Positions 35,726-44,128 of a stretch of 64,000 nt of DNA are shown in pieces; the first letter of the stretch is position 1; every line of letters begins with the position of its first letter. The notes under the pieces are model-generated. The model saw only the letters and a program-made list of their open reading frames with translations. It did no database searches and had not been told where the DNA came from. The DNA lies in the NCBI GenBank assembly GCA_963676835.2, contig CAXXFF010000002.1:1216001-1280000 (forward strand), given 5' to 3'. The DNA comes from Marispirochaeta sp. (GTDB lineage Bacteria; Spirochaetota; Spirochaetia; JC444; Marispirochaetaceae). Made by a program: the position numbers and the translations under genes.

Positions 35726-37273
35726 ATGCGCCTGAAGATTTTTCTACTGCCCATACTGATTTTCATAGCCGGTCTGCCGGTTTTTTCCCAGAACAAAACT
35801 GCCCTCCTGATAGCCAACGGTAACTACAAAAACTTCTCCTCCCTGGCCAACCCGGTAACCGAGGCCTCACAGCTTAAGGCCGCTCTGCAGAATTTGGGGT
35901 TTCAGGTAACCCTGATCACCAATGCCGGCAGGGAGCAGATGCTGGACGGTCTTATGGACTTTGAGCGTTCCGTGAAGCAGCGCGGTGGCATCGCCTTCTT
36001 TCATTACGGCGGACATGCCGTACAGGTGGCGGGCAGCAATTACCTTATTCCGGCAAATGCCGATATCCCCGATGAACGGCGGGTCAGTACCCGGGCGGTG
36101 GACGCCGAAGAGATCATGGCCACCCTGGAGGCCTCCGGGAGCGATACCAATATTGTAATCCTGGACTCCTGCCGCAATAATCCTCTGCCGTCAGGCAGCG
36201 GACGCAGCGCCAGCCGCGGGCTGGCGGTTGCCGGCAAGAAACCGCCCAACTCCATTATCGTCTACTCCGCCGAGTCGGGTACCGTCGCCCGGGACGGCGT
36301 GTTTACTCCAGCCCTTATCCAGGCACTCTCCATGACGGAAAAGAGCTTTCAGGAGATTCTGATGCAGACCCGCCAGCGGGTTTATAACCTGACCAATGGA
36401 GCCCAGATTCCCGGAGCCTATGACCAGCTGTTTGCACCGGTCTATCTTGCGGGGATACCTTCCGGAGAAAACACAGGCAGGATAATTCCGGATGGAAACA
36501 GCAGTCCCCCTGCTGCTACGGCAAGCCGGCCGCAGGTATCCGAGGACTTTGTGCTGGTAAAAGCGGGAAGCTTTACTATGGGCTCACCGTCTTCTGAAGT
36601 TAACAGGGGTGCTGATGAAACTCAGCACCGGGTTACCCTGACCCGAGATTTTTACATGGGTAAATACGAAGTGACCCAGGGGGTGTGGCAGGAGGTGATG
36701 GGGAGTAATCCCTCTGATACGTCAAGGGGGATCGGGTCCGGTAATCCTGTTAACAAGGTAAGCTGGTACGACGCGGTGGAATTCTGCAACAAGCTGAGCC
36801 TGCGTGAAGGATTTACCCCTGCCTACAGCGGTTCAGGAGACAATATCCTCTGTAACTTTAATGCAAGCGGCTACCGTCTTCCCCTGGAGGCGGAGTGGGA
36901 ATACGCCGCCCGGGGCGGAGTGCGGGCGGGAGGATATAATATTTATGGGGGAAGCGACAGTATCGGAAGTGTCGCGTGGTCTGGAGTCAATAGCGGGAGA
37001 ATCACCCATCCTGTGGGGCAGAAACAGGCCAATGAGCTGGGGCTGTACGACATGAGCGGTAATGTGTGGGAGTGGTGCTGGGACAGGTATGGTAGTTACA
37101 GCGGAAATGCAACTGATCCAGGCGGTAGTGCCTCGGACTCCTTACGCGTGTTGCGCGGGGGTAGCTGGAGCGACAACCGCGTCGATTACTGCCGTTCGGC
37201 AAATCGGGCCAGCATCCTTCCAGGTGCCCATTACAGCAATAATGGCTTCCGCCTTGTCCGAACGGCGCAGTAG
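35726..37273 (+). CDS. Exported caspase (C14) plus FGE-sulfatase (SUMF1/CLec) protein
   Basis: Signal peptide; FHYGGHA and LDSCR; FGE motifs; caspase domain closely paralogous to 30046-31803. Confidence 0.9.
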   Translation: MRLKIFLLPILIFIAGLPVFSQNKTALLIANGNYKNFSSLANPVTEASQLKAALQNLGFQVTLITNAGREQMLDGLMDFERSVKQRGGIAFFHYGGHAVQVAGSNYLIPANADIPDERRVSTRAVDAEEIMATLEASGSDTNIVILDSCRNNPLPSGSGRSASRGLAVAGKKPPNSIIVYSAESGTVARDGVFTPALIQALSMTEKSFQEILMQTRQRVYNLTNGAQIPGAYDQLFAPVYLAGIPSGENTGRIIPDGNSSPPAATASRPQVSEDFVLVKAGSFTMGSPSSEVNRGADETQHRVTLTRDFYMGKYEVTQGVWQEVMGSNPSDTSRGIGSGNPVNKVSWYDAVEFCNKLSLREGFTPAYSGSGDNILCNFNASGYRLPLEAEWEYAARGGVRAGGYNIYGGSDSIGSVAWSGVNSGRITHPVGQKQANELGLYDMSGNVWEWCWDRYGSYSGNATDPGGSASDSLRVLRGGSWSDNRVDYCRSANRASILPGAHYSNNGFRLVRTAQ

Positions 37274-37313
37274 AGGCGTTTATTTATATGTGGATCGAAA
37301 ATAGAGCCTCTGG

Positions 37314-37700
37314 CTAAAGAATAATGTTCCTGATTTTCTGAAGGATAATCCGGGAATATTTAATGACATGTTTAATCTCAGCTTCTTCAGGCAGCTGATA
37401 GTTAGCATGGGGATATCTGTTTTCAAGATAATATGCAGTCGCAATATCCAGGATATCCAGTTCTTCATCAGTTAATTTCAGGGTTTGCTGAGTTTCTGAA
37501 AAGATTTCCATCAGGTCATGGCTTTTACGGATTTTCCTGTTTTGATATGCCAGAAGGGATTTCAGACTTTTCTCCAGTGACTGCTGCAGCAGAAAGCTGA
37601 TGGTATCCGAGAAATGCCCGGCATTATGAAGCATTTCCGCCGCGGTTAAGTCATGTTCCGCAAATAACAGCCACTCTTCAGCAGCTGGTTTATTTGGCAT
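37314..37700 (-). CDS. HEPN-domain protein
   Basis: WLLFAEHDL, FLLQQSLEKSLK, KSHDL and RYP motifs; directly downstream of the MNT gene. Confidence 0.85.
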   Translation of the reverse strand: MPNKPAAEEWLLFAEHDLTAAEMLHNAGHFSDTISFLLQQSLEKSLKSLLAYQNRKIRKSHDLMEIFSETQQTLKLTDEELDILDIATAYYLENRYPHANYQLPEEAEIKHVIKYSRIILQKIRNIIL

Positions 37701-38004
37701 ACAAAACCTTTCCGTTCTGCAGAAGGTCAACCTTGTAGAAATAGTCCTCCCGGTTGTAGAGGTCATCTTCCGATATGGCAAGAATATCGATTCCGATATG
37801 GTTTTCGAGAATAAATGTCCGTAAAGCTTTTCTTGCCTGCAGTCTAACTGAGTTTTGTTCGGTGGTCAGGTTCTTCTTGACAATGCATAAATCTATATCG
37901 CTTTCTTCTGTTGCGCTTTTATTTGAATAGCTTCCAAAAAGGATGATCTTTTCCGGATCCAGAGGCTTTAATCTTTCCACAATGTCAGAAAATGAGATAT
38001 CCAT
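37690..38004 (-). CDS. Minimal nucleotidyltransferase (MNT) of an MNT-HEPN pair
   Basis: IILFGSY...ESDIDL and GKVLYA; overlaps the HEPN gene. Confidence 0.87.
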   Translation of the reverse strand: MDISFSDIVERLKPLDPEKIILFGSYSNKSATEESDIDLCIVKKNLTTEQNSVRLQARKALRTFILENHIGIDILAISEDDLYNREDYFYKVDLLQNGKVLYAK

Positions 38005-38184
38005 CGAGTTAACTATAGCGGCATTGCAGTGATGGAGCAAGTCTTCTGTTTTTCCCGTCAAATCCCTGATGCGGTCGTCCTGCGGCATGATGTGTGAAAA
38101 TTAAAAATTCAATTTCTAATTCTTATGAGCATTCTGTAATTAACCAGTACTATTAATGATGCTGTCATCAGAACTACTGGTAAT

Positions 38185-38985
38185 TCACATCTCCCGCAGA
38201 TCAATGCCCCGCATATTCCCGATAATCCCGTCTGCCTTGCAGAGGTAGGGAAGGGTGCGGGGATCTTCTCCCAGCATGGCACTCCCCACTGTATCCACCG
38301 CCACCGGATCAAATCCGGCAAGGATTGTATTGAATTCTTTCGGTCTTCCCGAAAGATGGGATCCGGTGAGCCCTGTTACGGCATCAACGATTGAAAGATC
38401 AGGCTTCTTATAGTGGCAGATATCGACGACCGAGAAGTCGGCTGACGGCAGATGCAGCTGGGATTTATTCCAGGAGCCATTGTAGTATCTTCCCGGTGCA
38501 ATGCCGAAGAGGTTCTTCATGGCGATGGTGGTGCGGGTAAAGCTGTGGCACTTCAATATGGGGATTGATACCAGGTATGCATCGATCAGGATTTTCGGCA
38601 TGTGAAAGGTTTTTAAGCTGAACGCTTCCGGGTTTTTCAGGGTTACGGTTTCTGTGTCATTGAAGTCAAAGAGTTCCAGACCGTAGCTGTCCGCCAGTTT
38701 TTTATAACCCAGTTTTTTATAGACATTGGGGGTGGATCCGTAGCCGCAGCCTTCTCCGATGGCGATTTTTGCACCGGTTTTCTCCTTAAGATACAGATAA
38801 ACCGCTTCCACCATCTCCACCGGGGTGGTAACCGGCGGCGGCGAGGAGGTTGTCAGGTTGGGTTTCAGTATAATCAGGCCGTTTTGAGGAAGTGTGTACT
38901 GCGGTTCTGCAGCGAAAAGTGAGTCCAGGGCCTTTGAAACGGTTTCGCTATAGCGGGAAAACTGTGCTTTAATTACTGTCGACAT
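38185..38985 (-). CDS. DUF362 family protein
   Basis: ILKPN, IGEG, PILKCH, AMKNLFG and DPVAVD. Confidence 0.85.
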   Translation of the reverse strand: MSTVIKAQFSRYSETVSKALDSLFAAEPQYTLPQNGLIILKPNLTTSSPPPVTTPVEMVEAVYLYLKEKTGAKIAIGEGCGYGSTPNVYKKLGYKKLADSYGLELFDFNDTETVTLKNPEAFSLKTFHMPKILIDAYLVSIPILKCHSFTRTTIAMKNLFGIAPGRYYNGSWNKSQLHLPSADFSVVDICHYKKPDLSIVDAVTGLTGSHLSGRPKEFNTILAGFDPVAVDTVGSAMLGEDPRTLPYLCKADGIIGNMRGIDLREM

Positions 38986-39022
38986 GGGAATACTCTTGCA
39001 AACCTGATAGGAATAGTCGATT

Positions 39023-39104
39023 GGTGGTTTTATCCCTTCGACTCCGTTCAGTGCGAAAACCATTTACCTTATATAAGCGGTGGTTGAGCGTAGTCGAAAC
39101 TACC
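39023..39104. repeat. Inverted pair of REP-like hairpins
   Basis: TTCGACTCCGTTCA (39037-39050) versus TGAGCGTAGTCGAA (39085-39098, reverse complement TTCGACTACGCTCA), each enclosed in its own short stem. Confidence 0.6.
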
Positions 39105-39127
39105 TTTGAGTAGTGAGATCTGAAGTC

Positions 39128-39334
39128 TTATGAAGCGAAAGTCATTACTTCACTGGAGAAATTCAGTGCCGCAGATATATCGTCCAGAGAAATTTGCGGA
39201 TAATCTTTTATAATCTGTTCCGCGGTTCTGCCTGCCGCAAGGTCTGCAAGAATATTGGCAACTAAAACCCGGGTATTTTTGATAACAGGGTTACCATGGC
39301 AAATAAGAGGATTTATTTCAATTCTTTCATTCAT
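39128..39334 (-). CDS. DUF433 family protein (antitoxin-like)
   Basis: RIEINPLICHGNPVIKNTRV...DYPQISLDDISAAL. Confidence 0.9.
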   Translation of the reverse strand: MNERIEINPLICHGNPVIKNTRVLVANILADLAAGRTAEQIIKDYPQISLDDISAALNFSSEVMTFAS

Positions 39335-39514
39335 TACAGCTCTCCTTTTGAGCAATTAAGGTAAATATACCCCATTATTTCCATTGGAAAAAGTATCCTA
39401 GGGGTTCGCAAAAAAATCCCTTGCAGAAAATCATACCTTTAGGGTATTTTAATAGGCAAACGAAGGAAGAACGTAATTATCCACTCTTTTTAAATGCTAC
39501 AGGAGGCCACGAAA

Positions 39515-40462
39515 ATGATTGAGGTTGCAAATGTAACCCGTTATTTCGGTGACTTCTGCGCTGTTGACGATCTCTCATTTTCTATTTCCAAGGGAGAAAT
39601 TATCGGACTGCTTGGTCCCAACGGCGCCGGAAAAACCACTACAATGCGAATGATAACCGGCTTTTTAAGCCCCTCTGCGGGGTCGGTAAAGGTTGCCGGA
39701 ACAGATGTACGGCTTGAGCCGGAAAAGGTGAAAAACCGTATCGGCTATCTGCCGGAGATGGCGCCTTTTTACGGTGAAATGATGGTCTACGATTTTCTCA
39801 AATATGCCGCCCGTATGCACGGTGTTGAAGATGAAGGGCGTATTGCGGAAGTTGCCCGTATGTGCGCTCTGGAAGATGTAATGCACAAAAATATCGAGAA
39901 TCTTTCCCGGGGATACAAACAGCGGGTTGGCCTTGCCTTTACCCTCGTACACGACCCGGACATTCTCATTCTCGATGAACCTACCTCCGGTCTCGACCCC
40001 AACCAGATTATCGAGGTCCGCAGGCTTATCAAGGAGATCGGCAAGACCAAGACGGTTATCATCTCTACCCATATCCTTCCCGAAGTGGAAGGTCTCTGTG
40101 ACCGGGTAATGATTATAAACCGTGGACGCCTGGCTGCGGATGCTCCCACGGAGGAGCTGACTGCCCGTTTCGGATCCAGTGTTTCCGTAAAGGTTCAGGT
40201 TAAAGGCTGCACTCTCAAGGAGCTGCAGGACACGGTTTCTTCTCTCCCCGGAGTGGTAGAAGTTCTGCCGGTACACGAAGGCGAAGAGGGGCTTACCTCG
40301 GTGCTTATTTCCAGCGAAGGCAAGGAAGATCTCCGGCCCCTGGTGTTCAAAGCAGTGGCCGACAAGGGCTGGGCTCTCTACGAACTGACCCAGCAGAAGA
40401 ACTCCCTTGAGGATGTTTTCCGCGGCCTTACCCAGGCGGACAGTGAGGGGGGTGCAGCATGA
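39515..40462 (+). CDS. ABC transporter ATPase, GldA-like
   Basis: GPNGAGKTT, LSRGYKQR and DEPTSGLDP; AGGAGG RBS before ATG 39515. Confidence 0.9.
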   Translation: MIEVANVTRYFGDFCAVDDLSFSISKGEIIGLLGPNGAGKTTTMRMITGFLSPSAGSVKVAGTDVRLEPEKVKNRIGYLPEMAPFYGEMMVYDFLKYAARMHGVEDEGRIAEVARMCALEDVMHKNIENLSRGYKQRVGLAFTLVHDPDILILDEPTSGLDPNQIIEVRRLIKEIGKTKTVIISTHILPEVEGLCDRVMIINRGRLAADAPTEELTARFGSSVSVKVQVKGCTLKELQDTVSSLPGVVEVLPVHEGEEGLTSVLISSEGKEDLRPLVFKAVADKGWALYELTQQKNSLEDVFRGLTQADSEGGAA

Positions 40463-41163
40463 GAAGTGTCTTCACCATAACCTTAAGAGAGGCGAAGTCC
40501 TTTTTTCAGAGCCCCATGGCCTATATCGTAATCGGACTTTTTCTTTTTATTACGGCTATCCTCTTTTTTCCGACCTTTTTTATCTATGACCGGGCGGAGA
40601 TGCGGGGATTCTTTCAGATGCTGCCTATTCTCTTCTCCTTTTTTCTCCCTGCGGTAACCATGCGTATGCTGGCGGAAGAGGTTAAGAGCGGTACCCTGGA
40701 AACACTTATAACCCTGCCTGCAGAACCTTCCCGGATTATCGCAGGCAAGTACCTGGCATCCCTTCTGTTTCTAACAGCCATGCTTGCTCCTACGTTAATC
40801 TACCTGATACTGATTGCCCCTGCGGGTAACCTCGATATGGGGCCTGTGGTGGGGGGCTATATCGGCGCGCTCTTTCTCGGAGCAGCCTATGCCGCCGCCG
40901 GGGTATTCACCTCGTCTCTGACCAATAATCAGATTATTGCCTTTGTCCTTTCTCTGGGGCTCTGCCTGATTCTTACCTATGTGGATAAGTTTATGATTTT
41001 TCTGCCCCCGGTGCTGGTAACCTTTCTCCAGTATTTCAGCGCGGGTTATCACTTTGACACTATCTCGAAGGGAATCCTCGACAGCCGCAGCCTTATCTAC
41101 TTTGCATCCCTCAGTCTGGTTTTTCTTATCGGAGCTGTCCGGGGCGTAGAGGCACGGAGGTAG
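40459..41163 (+). CDS. ABC-2 permease, GldF-like
   Basis: PAVTMRMLAEE..SGTLETL; multi-TM; ATGA overlap with the upstream gene. Confidence 0.88.
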   Translation: MRSVFTITLREAKSFFQSPMAYIVIGLFLFITAILFFPTFFIYDRAEMRGFFQMLPILFSFFLPAVTMRMLAEEVKSGTLETLITLPAEPSRIIAGKYLASLLFLTAMLAPTLIYLILIAPAGNLDMGPVVGGYIGALFLGAAYAAAGVFTSSLTNNQIIAFVLSLGLCLILTYVDKFMIFLPPVLVTFLQYFSAGYHFDTISKGILDSRSLIYFASLSLVFLIGAVRGVEARR

Positions 41164-41167
41164 GAGC

Positions 41168-43222
41168 ATGAAATTTTTAAACTATCTCGCTTCCGACCGC
41201 AGCAACCGGCTGCTTCTGCTTATTGTTATTATTCTGATCAACCTGGTTTCCCTGAATATGTTCTTCCGGGTGGATCTTACCGAAGGAGACAACTTCTCTC
41301 TTTCCGAGGTGAGCAAACAGACCATCCGTACCCTTGGCGAACCCCTGACGGTTTCAGTCTTTTTCTCCCGGGATCTTCCTGCTCCCTATAACAGTGTCTC
41401 CCGGTATGTGAAAGACCTTCTCTCGGAATATGACTCCGTAGGCAACAGTAACTTCAAGTACCAGATTGTGGACGTTGAGAGCGAAGAAGGAATGGACACA
41501 GCCGGCTCCTACGGTATGCGCTCCATTCAGGTTCAGTCCATCGGTTCCGATGAGTTTCAGTCCCGCAATGTCTATATGGGCCTGGCCATAAGCTATGCCA
41601 GTTCTGTAGAGCAGATTCCGGAAATTACCGGAACAGAAGGTCTTGAGTACCAGATTACCACCACCATTTCACGCCTGATAGGTACCGTTGGAGCAGCGGC
41701 TGCTCTTAGTGACAAGGTGGAAACCCTGCTCTATTACAGTCCCTCCCTGGCTGAGTTCAACATCAAGGGATTTGATCAGCTTGAAGGGCTTGCGGGAGAA
41801 GCCGTTGGTGTGGTTAACGGCGAAAACAACGGTATCCTCGAGCTTGAGGTCCGCAAGGTTGACAGCGATGCTCAGGCGGCTTCTCTGATGGAGCAGTATG
41901 GCTTCCCCAGGCTCTCCTACAAAGATAAGGTGAATCCCGAACGGATACATGAAGCAACCATAGGTCTGGTTCTCCAGCTTGGAGACCGCTTTACCACGGT
42001 CCCCATGGATATTGCTCCCCAGCTCTTCGGCGGCTACGCCCTTACCGGGGTTTCCAATCTCGATGCAAAAATCGGTGAAGCCCTGGAAGGCCTTTTAAGT
42101 GAGAACACTCCTGTGGGCTATGTTATCGGTCACGGCGAGCGGGATCTCAACGATCAGCAGAGTGGCGATGCTGTTTTCAGAACAGTAAACGAGAGCCTCT
42201 ATGAGATTAGGGAAATCAACCTTGCTGAAGATGAAATTCCCCTGGAGATGTCCACCCTGGTAATAAACGGACCCAAGGCCGCCTACGATGAGAAAGAGCT
42301 CTATGCCCTTGATCAGTTTGTAATGGGCGGTGGAAGCCTGGTGGTTTTTCTTGATCCTTATCAGGTTATCGATCCCCGCCAGATGGGCCAGCAGGGCGCA
42401 CCCATGTACCTGCCGGTGAATACCGGGCTTAACGATCTGCTGAAAAAATACGGTATTGAGGTTAAGCGTAACTATGTTCTGGATAAGAACTCCTATAAGG
42501 CTCAGCCCGAATACGGCGGAATGCAGCTCTATCATGTACCAATCCTTGCGAAAGAGAGTCTGAATCAGGATCATCCGATATCAAAGAATCTCGGCCAGGT
42601 GCTCTTCCTTTCTGCTGCAGAGGTTCTGCCGGTGGAAACACCTCCTGCGGAAGCTGATATTACTGTTCTGGTAAACAGTTCGGATGAGGCATGGCTGATG
42701 GAAGGTGACCGGGTGGATCTGAATCCCAACACCATGTATCCCCCGGGGGACTCCGATCTCAAGCAATTTCCTCTTATGGTCCTTTCTGAAGGACGCTTTA
42801 CCAGCTTTTTCGATGAAGAGCCGAAAACCGAAGACGCTGAAACTGCGGCTGCCGCAGCTACCGACATGAGTGCCAGCAGGCATATTCAACGGAGCATCAG
42901 GCGGGGAAAAGTCATTGTTGCGGGAACCTCCGAAATAGCCGGACCTCAGCTGCTTGATCCCCAGGGCCGCGGACCCAATGCCGTCCTGATTCAGAACATC
43001 CTGGATTACGCCAACGGCAACGAAGAGCTGCCCCTTATCCGCAGCAAGGGATTCAATCTCAATTCCCTTGGACAGACAGATCCGAAGTACCGGATGTTTG
43101 CAAAGGGATTCGCCATGGCGGGACTCCCGGTTCTCACCATTCTTGCGGGTATCCTTGTCTGGCGTCTGCGGGAACGGCGCAGGAAGGTTGTACAGAAAAT
43201 GTTCAGCCGGAATGAGCAGTAG
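41168..43222 (+). CDS. GldG-like ABC auxiliary component
   Basis: RVDLT..FSLS, LEYQIT, GHGE and LDQFVMGGG; C-terminal TM. Confidence 0.88.
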   Translation: MKFLNYLASDRSNRLLLLIVIILINLVSLNMFFRVDLTEGDNFSLSEVSKQTIRTLGEPLTVSVFFSRDLPAPYNSVSRYVKDLLSEYDSVGNSNFKYQIVDVESEEGMDTAGSYGMRSIQVQSIGSDEFQSRNVYMGLAISYASSVEQIPEITGTEGLEYQITTTISRLIGTVGAAAALSDKVETLLYYSPSLAEFNIKGFDQLEGLAGEAVGVVNGENNGILELEVRKVDSDAQAASLMEQYGFPRLSYKDKVNPERIHEATIGLVLQLGDRFTTVPMDIAPQLFGGYALTGVSNLDAKIGEALEGLLSENTPVGYVIGHGERDLNDQQSGDAVFRTVNESLYEIREINLAEDEIPLEMSTLVINGPKAAYDEKELYALDQFVMGGGSLVVFLDPYQVIDPRQMGQQGAPMYLPVNTGLNDLLKKYGIEVKRNYVLDKNSYKAQPEYGGMQLYHVPILAKESLNQDHPISKNLGQVLFLSAAEVLPVETPPAEADITVLVNSSDEAWLMEGDRVDLNPNTMYPPGDSDLKQFPLMVLSEGRFTSFFDEEPKTEDAETAAAAATDMSASRHIQRSIRRGKVIVAGTSEIAGPQLLDPQGRGPNAVLIQNILDYANGNEELPLIRSKGFNLNSLGQTDPKYRMFAKGFAMAGLPVLTILAGILVWRLRERRRKVVQKMFSRNEQ

Positions 43223-43234
43223 GGGAGGAGAGAT

Positions 43235-44128
43235 ATGAAAACTACACTGAGTAAAAGCAAAATCATCTATCTTGCTGTTATTGCGGTTCTGGCGGTAATC
43301 CTTCTGATTCAGCAGATTGCCGGCCGGGACATTACCCCGAATATTCCCACGGTTAATGCCGCGGTAGATGAAATGACCATCTCCAACGGCGGGGAAACTA
43401 TAAAGCTGTCAAAATCCGGTGATACCTGGCTTGCCGGTGATGAGCAGTATCCCGGTGATTCAGAAAAAATCGCCGGACTGGTGGAAAAGATTACCGGTAT
43501 CAAGGCGCTGGAAAAGGTCAGCTCCTCCGGTTTCTTCCGACCCTATCAGCTGGAAGATCAGGAGGCGGTTACCGTTTCCATTCTCGAAAAAGGAAAAGCT
43601 GTACGGACCGTTCTTATCGGCAAGGCCAGTCCCACCGGACGTCAGAGCTATCTGCGCTTTCCCGAAAGCGATGAGGTCCTGCTGATTTCGGGGAACCTCC
43701 GCCGGGATTTTGAACTGAGTCTCGATGATCTGCGGAACAAGCTGATTTTTGCACTTGATCCCGCTTCTATCCGCAGGGTGGTTCTCAGCGGCCCCGAAGG
43801 AGACGCTGAAGGATTTATCCGCTCTGAAGAGGGCTGGACCACCGACGGCGGTGATATGCTTGACCAGGAGAAGGTGAGCACCTTTGTGCGCAACTTTGAA
43901 AGGTTTACTGCTGTGTCGTATCCCGATGCGTCAGCTGATACCGGCGAGCTTCTGAAGCTTATTCAGCTGGAAACAGACAGCGGTGCAATCTCTGTGGAGA
44001 TTATTGCGGAAAATGAGCAGGGCTATACAGCCCGCAGTTCTGCCTCGCCGTTTATTTTCCAGCTGCCCAAATACCGCGGTCAGCAGATTATGAAAACAAC
44101 AGCGGAACTGATGCCCGGCGATCAGTAA
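43235..44128 (+). CDS. DUF4340-like membrane-anchored protein
   Basis: N-terminal TM; position after GldAFG; VLIGKASPTGRQSYLR and LRNKLIF. Confidence 0.75.
   Translation: MKTTLSKSKIIYLAVIAVLAVILLIQQIAGRDITPNIPTVNAAVDEMTISNGGETIKLSKSGDTWLAGDEQYPGDSEKIAGLVEKITGIKALEKVSSSGFFRPYQLEDQEAVTVSILEKGKAVRTVLIGKASPTGRQSYLRFPESDEVLLISGNLRRDFELSLDDLRNKLIFALDPASIRRVVLSGPEGDAEGFIRSEEGWTTDGGDMLDQEKVSTFVRNFERFTAVSYPDASADTGELLKLIQLETDSGAISVEIIAENEQGYTARSSASPFIFQLPKYRGQQIMKTTAELMPGDQ

Noticed and set aside
30046..37314. Complete diversity-generating retroelement
   Set aside because: No reverse transcriptase, Avd or AAC-rich template repeat in the window; only a possible target is reported.
12610..39500. Prophage or integrative element
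   Set aside because: No integrase, transposase, phage structural gene, tRNA or flanking direct repeat recognised.
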